A stretch of 64,000 nt of DNA from an uncultured Bacillales bacterium (GTDB taxonomy: Bacteria > Bacillota_I > Bacilli_A > RFN20 > CAG-826): the NCBI GenBank assembly GCA_946414655.1, contig CAMKPL010000003.1, positions 12,770 to 76,769 of the forward strand, read 5' to 3'. Shown here piece by piece: positions 45,605 to 54,530 of the stretch. The notes below the pieces were generated by a model. The model saw only the letters and a list, made by a program, of their open reading frames with translations. It made no database searches and was not told where the DNA came from. The position numbers and the translations under genes are program-made. Numbering within the stretch: the first letter of the stretch is position 1; the number at the start of each line of letters is the position of its first letter.

Positions 45605-46219
45605 ATGAATTGCCTTATGAAGAGTGAAACAAAGAAAGTCTCTAATTGGAAATTATTCCTGACATTCATGAAGTTAGGATTATTTTCATTTGGTGGCGGA
45701 CCAGCAATGCTCATGCTTATAAAAGAAGAAATTGTGACTAAGAATGGCTGGATGAGCGAAGAAGAACTAACGGAAATGGTTGGTTTAAGCGAATCCACTC
45801 CTGGTCCAATTGCGGTCAATCTAGCAACATATCTTGGCTATCGAAAACATGGTTTCTTAGGAGCGTTGTGTGCCACACTTGGCGTGATGGTTCCGACATT
45901 TTTGATCATGTTTATTGTTTCAATGTTCTTCCGTAATTTAATGCAATATGAGCCAGTTCAATATGCCTTTATCGGCGTTAAATGTGCCGTTGTTTTCTTA
46001 ATTTTACGTGTCGCAATTTCCCTAGCAAAACACGTAAAATCCTCGAGTTTTGCGGTGATTTTGTTTTTAATTGTTGCGATTTTGATGATTGTTTTCCATT
46101 ACTTAAATATCGACTTTAGTGCGATCTACTTTATCCTCATTGGATTATTCCTTGGATTGCTTGTATATTCACTGATTATTCCTTTAACTCAAAAACATCA
46201 GGAGGAAGTCAAAAAATGA
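45605..46219 (+). CDS. chrA: Chromate transporter ChrA, short-chain CHR half 1
   Basis: The 204-aa product has a ChrA N-half pattern LFSFGGGPAMLMLIKEEIV...WMSEEELTEMVGLSESTPGPIAVNLATYLGY. Confidence 0.8.
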   Translation: MNCLMKSETKKVSNWKLFLTFMKLGLFSFGGGPAMLMLIKEEIVTKNGWMSEEELTEMVGLSESTPGPIAVNLATYLGYRKHGFLGALCATLGVMVPTFLIMFIVSMFFRNLMQYEPVQYAFIGVKCAVVFLILRVAISLAKHVKSSSFAVILFLIVAILMIVFHYLNIDFSAIYFILIGLFLGLLVYSLIIPLTQKHQEEVKK

Positions 46220-46827
46220 TTTTTCTTCGTTTGTTTTTAGAGTTCCTAAAGATTGGCTTATTCACCTTTGGAGGTGGATATGGAATGATTCCACTTGTTC
46301 GAGAGACCGTTTTAAAAAATGGTTGGATCAGTGAATCAGAATTTATCAACATGATTGGTCTAAGCGAAGTCACTCCAGGACCAATCGCGATTAATATGGC
46401 GACTTATGTGGGCTCTTTACAAGGAAGTGCATCTTCTCTTGGAGCTTTTGGAGGATTCTTAGGTTCATTAATCGCGACACTAGCAGTGATTCTTCCAGCG
46501 TTTATTGTGATGCTTATTTTCTCGATCTTTCTAAAGAAGTTTGGTCAGCAAAAACACATCAAAAACGCTTTAAAAGGAATTAATCCAGTAGCAATTGCCT
46601 TAATCATGTCCACCGCTTTAATTCTTCTTAGCGATGTCCTCTTCCCAATTAACACAACTGGTTCCGTTAGTATTTCATTTAATCGAACATCCATCTTTAT
46701 CTTCTTATTAATCGCGTTTATTTATTTAATCATTACAAAAGTATTCAAGAAAAAAGCACACCCAATATTGATGATTTGTTTGGGTGCGCTATTAGGTTTA
46801 GTTGTAAACTATATCAATCTCATCTAA
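46216..46827 (+). CDS. chrA: Chromate transporter ChrA, short-chain CHR half 2
   Basis: The 203-aa product is homologous to half 1 (LFTFGGGYGMIPLVRETVL...GLSEVTPGPIAINMATYVG). The genes overlap by 4 nt. Confidence 0.8.
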   Translation: MIFLRLFLEFLKIGLFTFGGGYGMIPLVRETVLKNGWISESEFINMIGLSEVTPGPIAINMATYVGSLQGSASSLGAFGGFLGSLIATLAVILPAFIVMLIFSIFLKKFGQQKHIKNALKGINPVAIALIMSTALILLSDVLFPINTTGSVSISFNRTSIFIFLLIAFIYLIITKVFKKKAHPILMICLGALLGLVVNYINLI

Positions 46828-46871
46828 AGTGATGAGATATGAAAAGGAGACCAATAGGTCTCCATTTTTCT

Positions 46872-49772
46872 TTATTCACCACTACGAAGGGCGACAACTG
46901 GGTCTTTCTTGGCGGCTGCTCGAGATGGAATTAATCCAGAAATGAGGGTTAAGACAATCGAGAGAGCTAAGACAGCTAAGGCCAGGTACCATGGGAGAAC
47001 GACAATGGCGCCGACTCCAGCAACAACTTTTAGAATAATATTAATAATTAAAGATAATAAGTAGGTGACCCCAATACCAAATAGACCTGATATTGCGCCA
47101 ATAATGAATGTTTCAACGATAAAGAGGTTAGAAACATCAAGTTTGCGTCCACCAAGAGAACGGATAATACCGATTTCTTTAACACGTTCAACAACACTAA
47201 CGTAGGTAATAATACCAATCATCACTGTTGAAACAACTAAGGATAAGGAAGTAAACGCGATTAAAGCGATTGAGATAATATCGATTAAGGAGTTAATCAT
47301 ATTAATGACAATCTCGAGGTTATCACTGTATTTGATGTTGGAACGATCAGCACGTTGGACTTGTTTTTCGACTCCATCTGGATGAATCGTGATTGAATCA
47401 TCGCCATTCCACTTATCAAGATAAGAAGTAACTAAATCTTTTTCATCAAAGCTCTTTGGGAAGATGCTTAAATCGTTTGCAACAGTTTCACCACCAACAG
47501 ATCTTAATGCAGCAGATAATTGGCTTGGAACATCGTAAGAACCCATTAAGCTTTGAATAATTGACATGGCATTTTCACCAATTGTTCCTACGGAAACTGG
47601 AGTAGAGAATGTTGCAATTTTAGCTTCAGGATCAATGAAATCAAGAGCAGAAGTATCAAAGTTTTCTGAATAAGTATAGTAAACAATTGAAATCAATGTT
47701 GATGATTGGAGCATTGTTTTTAATGCAACCTTGACGTCTGCTGGTAAAAGTGGGAGATCAACCAATGTGTTTTCTTTGGTTTTTAATTGTTCAATTGCAT
47801 CATTGATTTCAGTTGATGTTGAATTCTTAAAGAAATTACTGATGCCTTTGATATATTGGGCAACATTAGAAGTTTTATTTCTTTCAATAAAGCCGGTGTC
47901 AAAACTATTCGATACGGCAAATCCTGTTTTTAAACAACCATAGGAAATACCTTCCTTTGGTTTGAGAATTGCAGTGATTTTCATATCACGACCATTCTTT
48001 GGCTTATCGCTATCTGTATCTTTAAAATGACCAGTGTAGTTATATTCACAAGGCTTAATTGAACAATCAGAGAAATAATTTCTAATTACTAATGGAGCTT
48101 GTTTGAAAATTTGGTCATCATCATAAATCGTGAATTTCTTATTTAACAAAGTTGAGTAATCGAAATCATGTGGTTCAAGACCATCATATTTATGTTCATC
48201 ATCTTTGCTAGTTTCACTTGCATTAGCAAACTTAGAAATGACACGAGCAAATTCATCTTGGGAGTAATAACCAACTTGGGCTAAGAATAGGTCAGTTAAT
48301 TCTTGATTCTTATCAATAACAATCGCCATTTCGTTTTCAGCGGTTGGTAAATATCCACCTTCATTCATGATGTTGTACTGGGAAAGAACATAGTTTTCAT
48401 CGTTTGGCACAATGTCGAATGTTGAAGTGAACATTGGAATCATGGATGCATATGTGGCAAATTTTGTTTGTTTAACGATAGAGACATAAATGTCTTCTAA
48501 TTCCTGAAGGGAAATGTGAGGTACTTTAACATTTGTGTAAATTTCTCCTTCTTTATGAGAATAACTCCAATCGGTAAACATATTTAATTTACGATTATTT
48601 CCATAACCAAATCTCATTGCGGAGTAATAATCTTCAGGCATTTCAGAGACGTATTGAACATAATCTGCTGTAATTTCATTCTTTGTTAAAGATGATTCAA
48701 ACTTATTTCTTGTATCAGCAAGATATTCAATCATGTAGTCGATGTTAACCTTGCCATCTTTAATTGATTTTTTAACTGCGTTAGTTTTTTGGGCAGTCGA
48801 AGCAAAGCTAATTAAGGAGCCTAAATCTAAAGATTGTTCTTCAATTTCGATTGGGTTACCGCTAAGCATATCGTCTTGCATATCGTGGATGTAGCTACGA
48901 ACACCACTAGTAACAGCTAAAACAGCAGAGATACCAATAATACCAATTGATCCAGCGATACAAACGAGTGTTGTACGTTTGGCTTTAGCAAGTAAGTTTT
49001 TCGCCGATAAAAGGAATGTTGTTTTACCATTCATCTTAGATTTGCGGACTTTTTCGACTTCTTCAGCGCTAACAGCTTCTGGTTTTTCTTCCACCGCAAA
49101 TGGGTTTGAATCGTCGATGATTTCACCATCTTTCATCGTGACAATACGAGTGGAATATTTGTAGGCTAAATCAGGGTTATGAGTAACCATGATGACGAGC
49201 CTATCTTTAGCAACTTCTTTTAGAAGTTCCATGATTTGAACAGATGTAACGGAGTCAAGAGCACCGGTTGGCTCATCAGCTAAAAGAATTTCTGGGTTAT
49301 TAACTAACGCACGGGCAATGGCAACACGTTGCATTTGACCACCAGAGAGTTGATTTGGTCTTTTCTTAGCTTCATTAGCTAATCCAACTTTTTCTAGTGC
49401 CTCTAAAGCACGGGCTTGTCGTTCTTCTTTTCCAATTCCACCAATGGTTAAGGCTAACTCAACGTTACCTAAAATATTCATTTGTGGAATGAGGTTATAT
49501 GTTTGGAAAACAAATCCGATCGAGTGGTTACGGTAGGTATCCCAATCACGGTCTTTGTAGTTTTTCGTTGATTGACCTTTGATCAGAAGATCACCAGAGG
49601 TATATCGATCAAGACCACCAATAATGTTTAAAGTTGTGGTTTTACCACAACCAGAAGGACCAAGGATAGAAACAAATTCATTTTGACGGAAGGAAATATT
49701 AATTCCTTTTAAAGCGTGGGTAACATTGTTACCACTGACATAATCTTTAACAATATTTTTTAACTCAAGCAT
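46872..49772 (-). CDS. MacB/FtsX-type ABC transporter, fused ATP-binding and permease protein with a large extracytoplasmic domain
   Basis: The N-terminal NBD (GPSGCGKTT; LSGGQMQRVAIARAL; LLADEPTGALD) is followed by TM1, a large extracytoplasmic domain of about 500 aa, and a C-terminal FtsX-like 3-TM bundle. The product is 966 aa. Confidence 0.8.
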   Translation of the reverse strand: MLELKNIVKDYVSGNNVTHALKGINISFRQNEFVSILGPSGCGKTTTLNIIGGLDRYTSGDLLIKGQSTKNYKDRDWDTYRNHSIGFVFQTYNLIPQMNILGNVELALTIGGIGKEERQARALEALEKVGLANEAKKRPNQLSGGQMQRVAIARALVNNPEILLADEPTGALDSVTSVQIMELLKEVAKDRLVIMVTHNPDLAYKYSTRIVTMKDGEIIDDSNPFAVEEKPEAVSAEEVEKVRKSKMNGKTTFLLSAKNLLAKAKRTTLVCIAGSIGIIGISAVLAVTSGVRSYIHDMQDDMLSGNPIEIEEQSLDLGSLISFASTAQKTNAVKKSIKDGKVNIDYMIEYLADTRNKFESSLTKNEITADYVQYVSEMPEDYYSAMRFGYGNNRKLNMFTDWSYSHKEGEIYTNVKVPHISLQELEDIYVSIVKQTKFATYASMIPMFTSTFDIVPNDENYVLSQYNIMNEGGYLPTAENEMAIVIDKNQELTDLFLAQVGYYSQDEFARVISKFANASETSKDDEHKYDGLEPHDFDYSTLLNKKFTIYDDDQIFKQAPLVIRNYFSDCSIKPCEYNYTGHFKDTDSDKPKNGRDMKITAILKPKEGISYGCLKTGFAVSNSFDTGFIERNKTSNVAQYIKGISNFFKNSTSTEINDAIEQLKTKENTLVDLPLLPADVKVALKTMLQSSTLISIVYYTYSENFDTSALDFIDPEAKIATFSTPVSVGTIGENAMSIIQSLMGSYDVPSQLSAALRSVGGETVANDLSIFPKSFDEKDLVTSYLDKWNGDDSITIHPDGVEKQVQRADRSNIKYSDNLEIVINMINSLIDIISIALIAFTSLSLVVSTVMIGIITYVSVVERVKEIGIIRSLGGRKLDVSNLFIVETFIIGAISGLFGIGVTYLLSLIINIILKVVAGVGAIVVLPWYLALAVLALSIVLTLISGLIPSRAAAKKDPVVALRSGE

Positions 49773-49941
49773 AAGTGTTTCTCCTTTTTTCCTAGGTCTT
49801 AATCGCCATATTATTGTAAGTATATTTATAGATATCGCAACTAAAAATTAAATTTTTAAGAAAAGTTATCATTGACTTACTAAGTAGCGATATCGACTTT
49901 ATCGTTGTTGAATTAGCAAATTAGAAGTCTATAATAGTCGT

Positions 49942-50274
49942 ATGAAATATTTACTATTTGTTGTGTTAGAAAACACAAAAGAAACATCAGACTTAATTAA
50001 AGAACTCTCCTTAAAAGGGATTAACGGAACCGTAATGGCGTCTACTTCCTTAAAACACGTTTTTGAGGATGAAAGAGAAGACACCTTACAGTTCGTTTCA
50101 TTAAGTCATATCGACCAACATAAACTCACGCAAAACACCACTGTTTATTTCATTTTGGATGAGAAAAATATTGAAGAAGTGAAACAAATTATCCGTGAAA
50201 AGACGGGTAATTTCACAAATACCAAAGGTGGAATGTTCACTTCCCCACTAGAAAGTTTCGAAGGCAGCTTCTAA
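49942..50274 (+). CDS. Hypothetical small soluble protein (110 aa), possible regulatory subunit of the downstream antiporter
   Basis: Its TAA stop abuts the ATG of the CPA2 gene (TAAATG). Weak resemblance to PII-like or KhtS-like modulators is speculative. Confidence 0.45.
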   Translation: MKYLLFVVLENTKETSDLIKELSLKGINGTVMASTSLKHVFEDEREDTLQFVSLSHIDQHKLTQNTTVYFILDEKNIEEVKQIIREKTGNFTNTKGGMFTSPLESFEGSF

Positions 50275-51549
50275 ATGAATCAAATTCTCTGTATTGCCTT
50301 AGCTCTTTTGGTTGGACTTTTATCATCAAGATTGATGAAAGTTTTACGTTTACCAAATGTTACTGGATATCTTTTATCTGGAATTATTTTTGGTCCGTTT
50401 TTGCTTGGAAAATACATTGGCGGTTGGGATGAAGGAAAGTTATCGGCGGTTAAATGGATTAGCGAGATTGCGTTAGGCTTTATTGCCTTCACAATTGGTA
50501 CTTCATTTAAGACTTCTTCTTTGAAGGCGGTTGGAAAAAGAATTGTTTTAATTACACTTTTTGAAGCACTCGGAGGTGCGATTCTTACCATCGGTGGTTT
50601 ATTTATCGCCCGTATTTTCTTAGGCGATCAACTTCCTGTTTCAATTATTCTCACTCTTGGTGCAATTGCCTGTGCAACTGCACCTGCTGCAACACTTATG
50701 GTCATTCGCCAATATCAAGCTCGAGGACCACTAGTTTCAACATTAATTCCAGTAGTCGCATTTGACGATGCTGTGGCCTTAATTACGTTTGCTGTTTTAT
50801 TTGCATTATCTAAGGCTTTTGCAGCAAATGGTGCGGTTTCTGCCGTAGAAATTTTACTTGTGCCTCTTATTGAAATCATTGGTTCACTCGTTGTTGGAAC
50901 AATCCTTGGATTCCTTGTTTCTCTTGGTTGCAAATTCTTCAAATCACGTGCCAATAGAATGATTATGGTTATATGCGCAGTGTTAACCATTGTCGGATTA
51001 TCAATGCTTTGCACAGAAAATCACTGGCAAATCCTGGGTACAAATCTATCATTCTCTCCACTATTAGGATGTATGATGATTGGTGCGATCTTTATTAACT
51101 TTAGAAGTGATGCAATGCGTACAATTGAAAGAGTTGATCAATTCACTCCACCACTTTATATGCTTTTCTTTGTGATTTCTGGTGCTTCACTAGATATCAC
51201 GATCTTCGGAAGTGACTCCGCTTTAATTGTTGTGATTGTCTCCTTGGTCTACATCATCTTCAGATGTTTAGGCAAATACTTAGGTGCATTTTCCTCTGCA
51301 AAACTCACACATTCTGAACCAACAGTTCAAAAATATTTAGGTTTTACATTATTTCCACAAGCTGGTGTGGCGATTGGTTTAGCAACGACAGCAAGCCAAG
51401 AACTAGCGCATCTAGGATTAGAAAAACAGAGCTCGATGATTCTTGCAGTTGTCTTAACTGCCACAATCATCTATGAGCTCCTGGGTCCAGTGATTACGAA
51501 GATTTCGTTACAAAAAGCAAACGAAATACCTACTACTTCAGTAGCTTAG
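50275..51549 (+). CDS. Cation:proton antiporter (CPA2/Kef-type Na+/H+ or K+/H+ exchanger)
   Basis: The 424-aa product has 12-13 TM segments. The N-terminus LPNVTGYLLSGIIFGP is typical of Na_H_Exchanger-family proteins. Confidence 0.75.
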   Translation: MNQILCIALALLVGLLSSRLMKVLRLPNVTGYLLSGIIFGPFLLGKYIGGWDEGKLSAVKWISEIALGFIAFTIGTSFKTSSLKAVGKRIVLITLFEALGGAILTIGGLFIARIFLGDQLPVSIILTLGAIACATAPAATLMVIRQYQARGPLVSTLIPVVAFDDAVALITFAVLFALSKAFAANGAVSAVEILLVPLIEIIGSLVVGTILGFLVSLGCKFFKSRANRMIMVICAVLTIVGLSMLCTENHWQILGTNLSFSPLLGCMMIGAIFINFRSDAMRTIERVDQFTPPLYMLFFVISGASLDITIFGSDSALIVVIVSLVYIIFRCLGKYLGAFSSAKLTHSEPTVQKYLGFTLFPQAGVAIGLATTASQELAHLGLEKQSSMILAVVLTATIIYELLGPVITKISLQKANEIPTTSVA

Positions 51550-52192
51550 ATAAATCTTCAACTGAATTAGCCACTATAGTGGCTTTTTCTTTAAATGAAT
51601 CAATGTTAACTCCATAACCATAAGTGACTAAACATGAGTCAACATTTCCGTTAATCGCGGTTTGAATGTCGGTGATAGAGTCACCAATAAAAAGACATTC
51701 TTTTTTATTTAAATGATATTTATCAACAAGATAATTAATTAAAACGGGGTTTGGTTTTTCTGGGTTCTCTGGTTTATGACCACAGGCTTCAATAAATAAC
51801 CCTTCTGGAAATGTTTTCTTAATGATGTCATCAAGAAGGAATTGGGGTTTATTTGAAACAATGAATAACTGGTAATTATCTTTCAAAGAAAGAAGGAGTT
51901 CAGTCATTCCTTTGAATGGTTTTGTTGTTGTATCTTGCATTTCAAGATATTTTTCAAAGAAAAGATTTTGAAATTGTTCATATTTTTCTTTACTTGGGGT
52001 TGTAAAGGAAATTGCTCGTTCGGCGAGCTTATATGCTCCACCACCAATGAGTTTCTTTCCTTCTTCGTATTGATATTGCTTGACATAACCACATTCTTTT
52101 AAAGCGTAATTAACCGCACTTAAAATATCTTGAAGTGTATCAAGAAGAGTTCCATCTGTATCAAGGAAAAGAGCCTTATATTTTTTATTCAT
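51533..52192 (-). CDS. HAD-IA family hydrolase (phosphoglycolate phosphatase-like)
   Basis: Motif I is LFLDTDGTLLDT. A C-terminal GDS..D motif is present. The start is set at MNKKYKALF (52192) rather than the longer ORF (52267), which would overlap the upstream gene by 83 nt. Confidence 0.7.
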   Translation of the reverse strand: MNKKYKALFLDTDGTLLDTLQDILSAVNYALKECGYVKQYQYEEGKKLIGGGAYKLAERAISFTTPSKEKYEQFQNLFFEKYLEMQDTTTKPFKGMTELLLSLKDNYQLFIVSNKPQFLLDDIIKKTFPEGLFIEACGHKPENPEKPNPVLINYLVDKYHLNKKECLFIGDSITDIQTAINGNVDSCLVTYGYGVNIDSFKEKATIVANSVEDLSKLLK

Positions 52193-53738
52193 GAATTGAT
52201 TTATAGTGGGCAACAAAGTTTTCGTCGTACCAGTAGTAACGATCTTCGTTTTTATCGTGGGCATCATACCAAATTTCAGCGCAAAGCTGGTCTAATTTGG
52301 CTTGTTTATCAAAATCCCAAGCATATTTATCATATGAAACATTGTGCCAATGTCCGCAGTAAAGAACAGTGTGAGCAGAAGCAACAAATTCCACTCCATT
52401 ATGATCTAACCAATGGAGTTTTTGATAGATATCTCCTTTGGAGAAATCTTTACTAAGAAGTTTACCTCCGCGATATTGAGCGTATGCTTCAAGATCTTTT
52501 TTGTCTAATTCATTTCGAGGCTTAGTGATATCAAAAGGAAGATGTGTGTAAGTTGGCGTGTTTTTGATTTGCTCATAATCGATTTTGTTTCCGTATTTAT
52601 CTTTGCCATCGGCGAGCAAATAAACATCATCCCATCTCTTTGGAATAGCTTCATAAGCTTTGCTTCCGTTAAAATAAGCAAGCATTTTTGCTTCATCATT
52701 GTGTTTGTACCAATAACGTGGAGCATTCGAACTTCTTAAAAGACGTTTAATAATAATTAATTTGAGAAGTTTCTTTGGAACAATTCGTCCCATTTTGAAA
52801 TATTTATGTCTTTTTAAGACATCATCCCAGAAACCAGCAAGACTGTATTCTTGAAAATGGAAGAGTTCTTGAAGTTGATTAGAGTCGCTATAAAAGACAC
52901 CATGGAAGTTACGCGTCGCATTGTAATTTGGGTCAAAGAATTGTTTGGTGGATGCACCAATCATTTTGAAACCTAAATCAAATGTTTCACTACCTGTACC
53001 TCTTCCTTTTGGACCACCGCCGATATTAAAACAGTGTTTCCAGAAGTTATCTTCGTTTAGTTCTCCAGCTTGGTCACGACGCAAAATATTACGAATTAGG
53101 ATTGCTGAATCTTTTGCTGTTACCCATTCTAGTGGAGAATTAAAACAAGTATGGAACATCAATCCATCAGAAATATTCGCCATTAGAAGCTTATCGTAAA
53201 GCATGGCGGTTTGGCGTAAAACTGTCCATGTTTTGACATTACTCTCAAGAACAGTAAATTCGCCACGCATCTTTGTTAAAGCATAAATATCAAATGGTGA
53301 AACTAGGAGTGGATCACCGACTCTTCCGAAAAGATGATTTTGGTCACGATCACCAAATAATCCAACGGTTGAAATGTGAATTAATTTTGGTTGATTTTCA
53401 CCCATTTCTTCAATAACTTTGCAAAGCACTTTTGGACCAATCTCATTAGCTTCAATTGAGCCTTGTGGATTGTGGTCCGAATGAGGTGGAATTAATGCTC
53501 CTAAATTAAGAACATAATCAACTCCATCACAAAGTTTTTTAACTGCTTCTTCATCGGCGATTGAACCGTCAATTGCAGAGATTTTAACCGAGAATTGCTG
53601 GTTCTTTTTAATTAATTTATTAGTTTCCTTCTTATGAAAACGAAGGACTTTTATTAGTTCAATATTCTCTTCTTTAAGTAGTGTTTCAAACAGTACTTCA
53701 CCCATGTGCCCACTAGCACCAGTTATAGCAACTTTCAT
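52185..53738 (-). CDS. NAD(P)-dependent epimerase/dehydratase-like SDR domain fused to an uncharacterised C-terminal domain of about 200 aa
   Basis: The N-terminus MKVAITGASGHMGEVL is a Rossmann GxxGxxG, and the YxxxK region is LTKMRGE. The C-terminal W/Y-rich region (YWYKHNDEAKM...YCGHWHNVSYDKYAWDFD) belongs to no family I recognise. Confidence 0.55.
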   Translation of the reverse strand: MKVAITGASGHMGEVLFETLLKEENIELIKVLRFHKKETNKLIKKNQQFSVKISAIDGSIADEEAVKKLCDGVDYVLNLGALIPPHSDHNPQGSIEANEIGPKVLCKVIEEMGENQPKLIHISTVGLFGDRDQNHLFGRVGDPLLVSPFDIYALTKMRGEFTVLESNVKTWTVLRQTAMLYDKLLMANISDGLMFHTCFNSPLEWVTAKDSAILIRNILRRDQAGELNEDNFWKHCFNIGGGPKGRGTGSETFDLGFKMIGASTKQFFDPNYNATRNFHGVFYSDSNQLQELFHFQEYSLAGFWDDVLKRHKYFKMGRIVPKKLLKLIIIKRLLRSSNAPRYWYKHNDEAKMLAYFNGSKAYEAIPKRWDDVYLLADGKDKYGNKIDYEQIKNTPTYTHLPFDITKPRNELDKKDLEAYAQYRGGKLLSKDFSKGDIYQKLHWLDHNGVEFVASAHTVLYCGHWHNVSYDKYAWDFDKQAKLDQLCAEIWYDAHDKNEDRYYWYDENFVAHYKSIHE

Positions 53739-53739
53739 C

Positions 53740-54381
53740 TTAATTTTTCTCCGTATTTTCTTGAGGCTTTTTGGTTAGTGAAGCCAGTTTTTTTATAAGT
53801 TCCTTTTTTATTGAGTCAAAACGTTGGCCTGAAAGTTCAGCAAACTGTTTCACTTTAATTCCCAAATGGAGTGAGTAAGCAAAGTCAACAATCATTGCTC
53901 CAATAACTCCACCAATAAAGTATGTATAGATTAAATTTTCACTAATCCAACCAATAACTTTTACAAGCGATGGATTAAGGAAAAAGAAATACAAAGATCC
54001 AACAACTAACCAAATTAAGGAGAATGACGGACAAATGATGCCCATGATGTTTCCTTTTCGTTTGGAGTAGTCCCATAATTTTACTTTTAAACCTTTGATG
54101 AAGATTAATCCGGCGATAAATTCAACCACCGTCATTAAAACTCCAATCAAAAAGATGTGAACAATAACATCTAACCAATGTTCACTAATTCCAAATGAAA
54201 TATTACTCACCGCATATAAGCAAAGAACTCCAAATCCATAAATTGGAAGATATGGACCGACAAGAAATCCAGGATTCATCCATTTCTTTTGGGAAACAAA
54301 TCTTCGAAAGAAAAGTTCGATAACCCAACCAAAGAGGGATCCAATGACGAATAATGTTGATGCAATGACGAGATATTTCAT
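53740..54381 (-). CDS. Hypothetical membrane protein (6 TM)
   Basis: The 213-aa product is hydrophobic. Its stop is adjacent to the SDR gene start, which suggests an operon. Confidence 0.45.
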   Translation of the reverse strand: MKYLVIASTLFVIGSLFGWVIELFFRRFVSQKKWMNPGFLVGPYLPIYGFGVLCLYAVSNISFGISEHWLDVIVHIFLIGVLMTVVEFIAGLIFIKGLKVKLWDYSKRKGNIMGIICPSFSLIWLVVGSLYFFFLNPSLVKVIGWISENLIYTYFIGGVIGAMIVDFAYSLHLGIKVKQFAELSGQRFDSIKKELIKKLASLTKKPQENTEKN

Positions 54382-54530
54382 AATCTTTTGTTATACAAAA
54401 CCATGAATATCATTCCACAAATCAACTAATAATGAAATAGAAAAAATTAATTTCTCTTTCTTATATGAAAGAAATCTTAGTTTTGATAAAATACTAACAG
54501 TGTTAGTTATATATAACTCAAAGTACAAAA

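Noticed and set aside
52193-52267. A longer start for the HAD hydrolase (52267) as given in the ORF track.
   Set aside because: It would overlap the upstream SDR gene by 83 nt in another frame. The internal ATG at 52192 (MNKKYKALFLDTDG) gives the canonical 8-nt overlap and places HAD motif I near the N-terminus.
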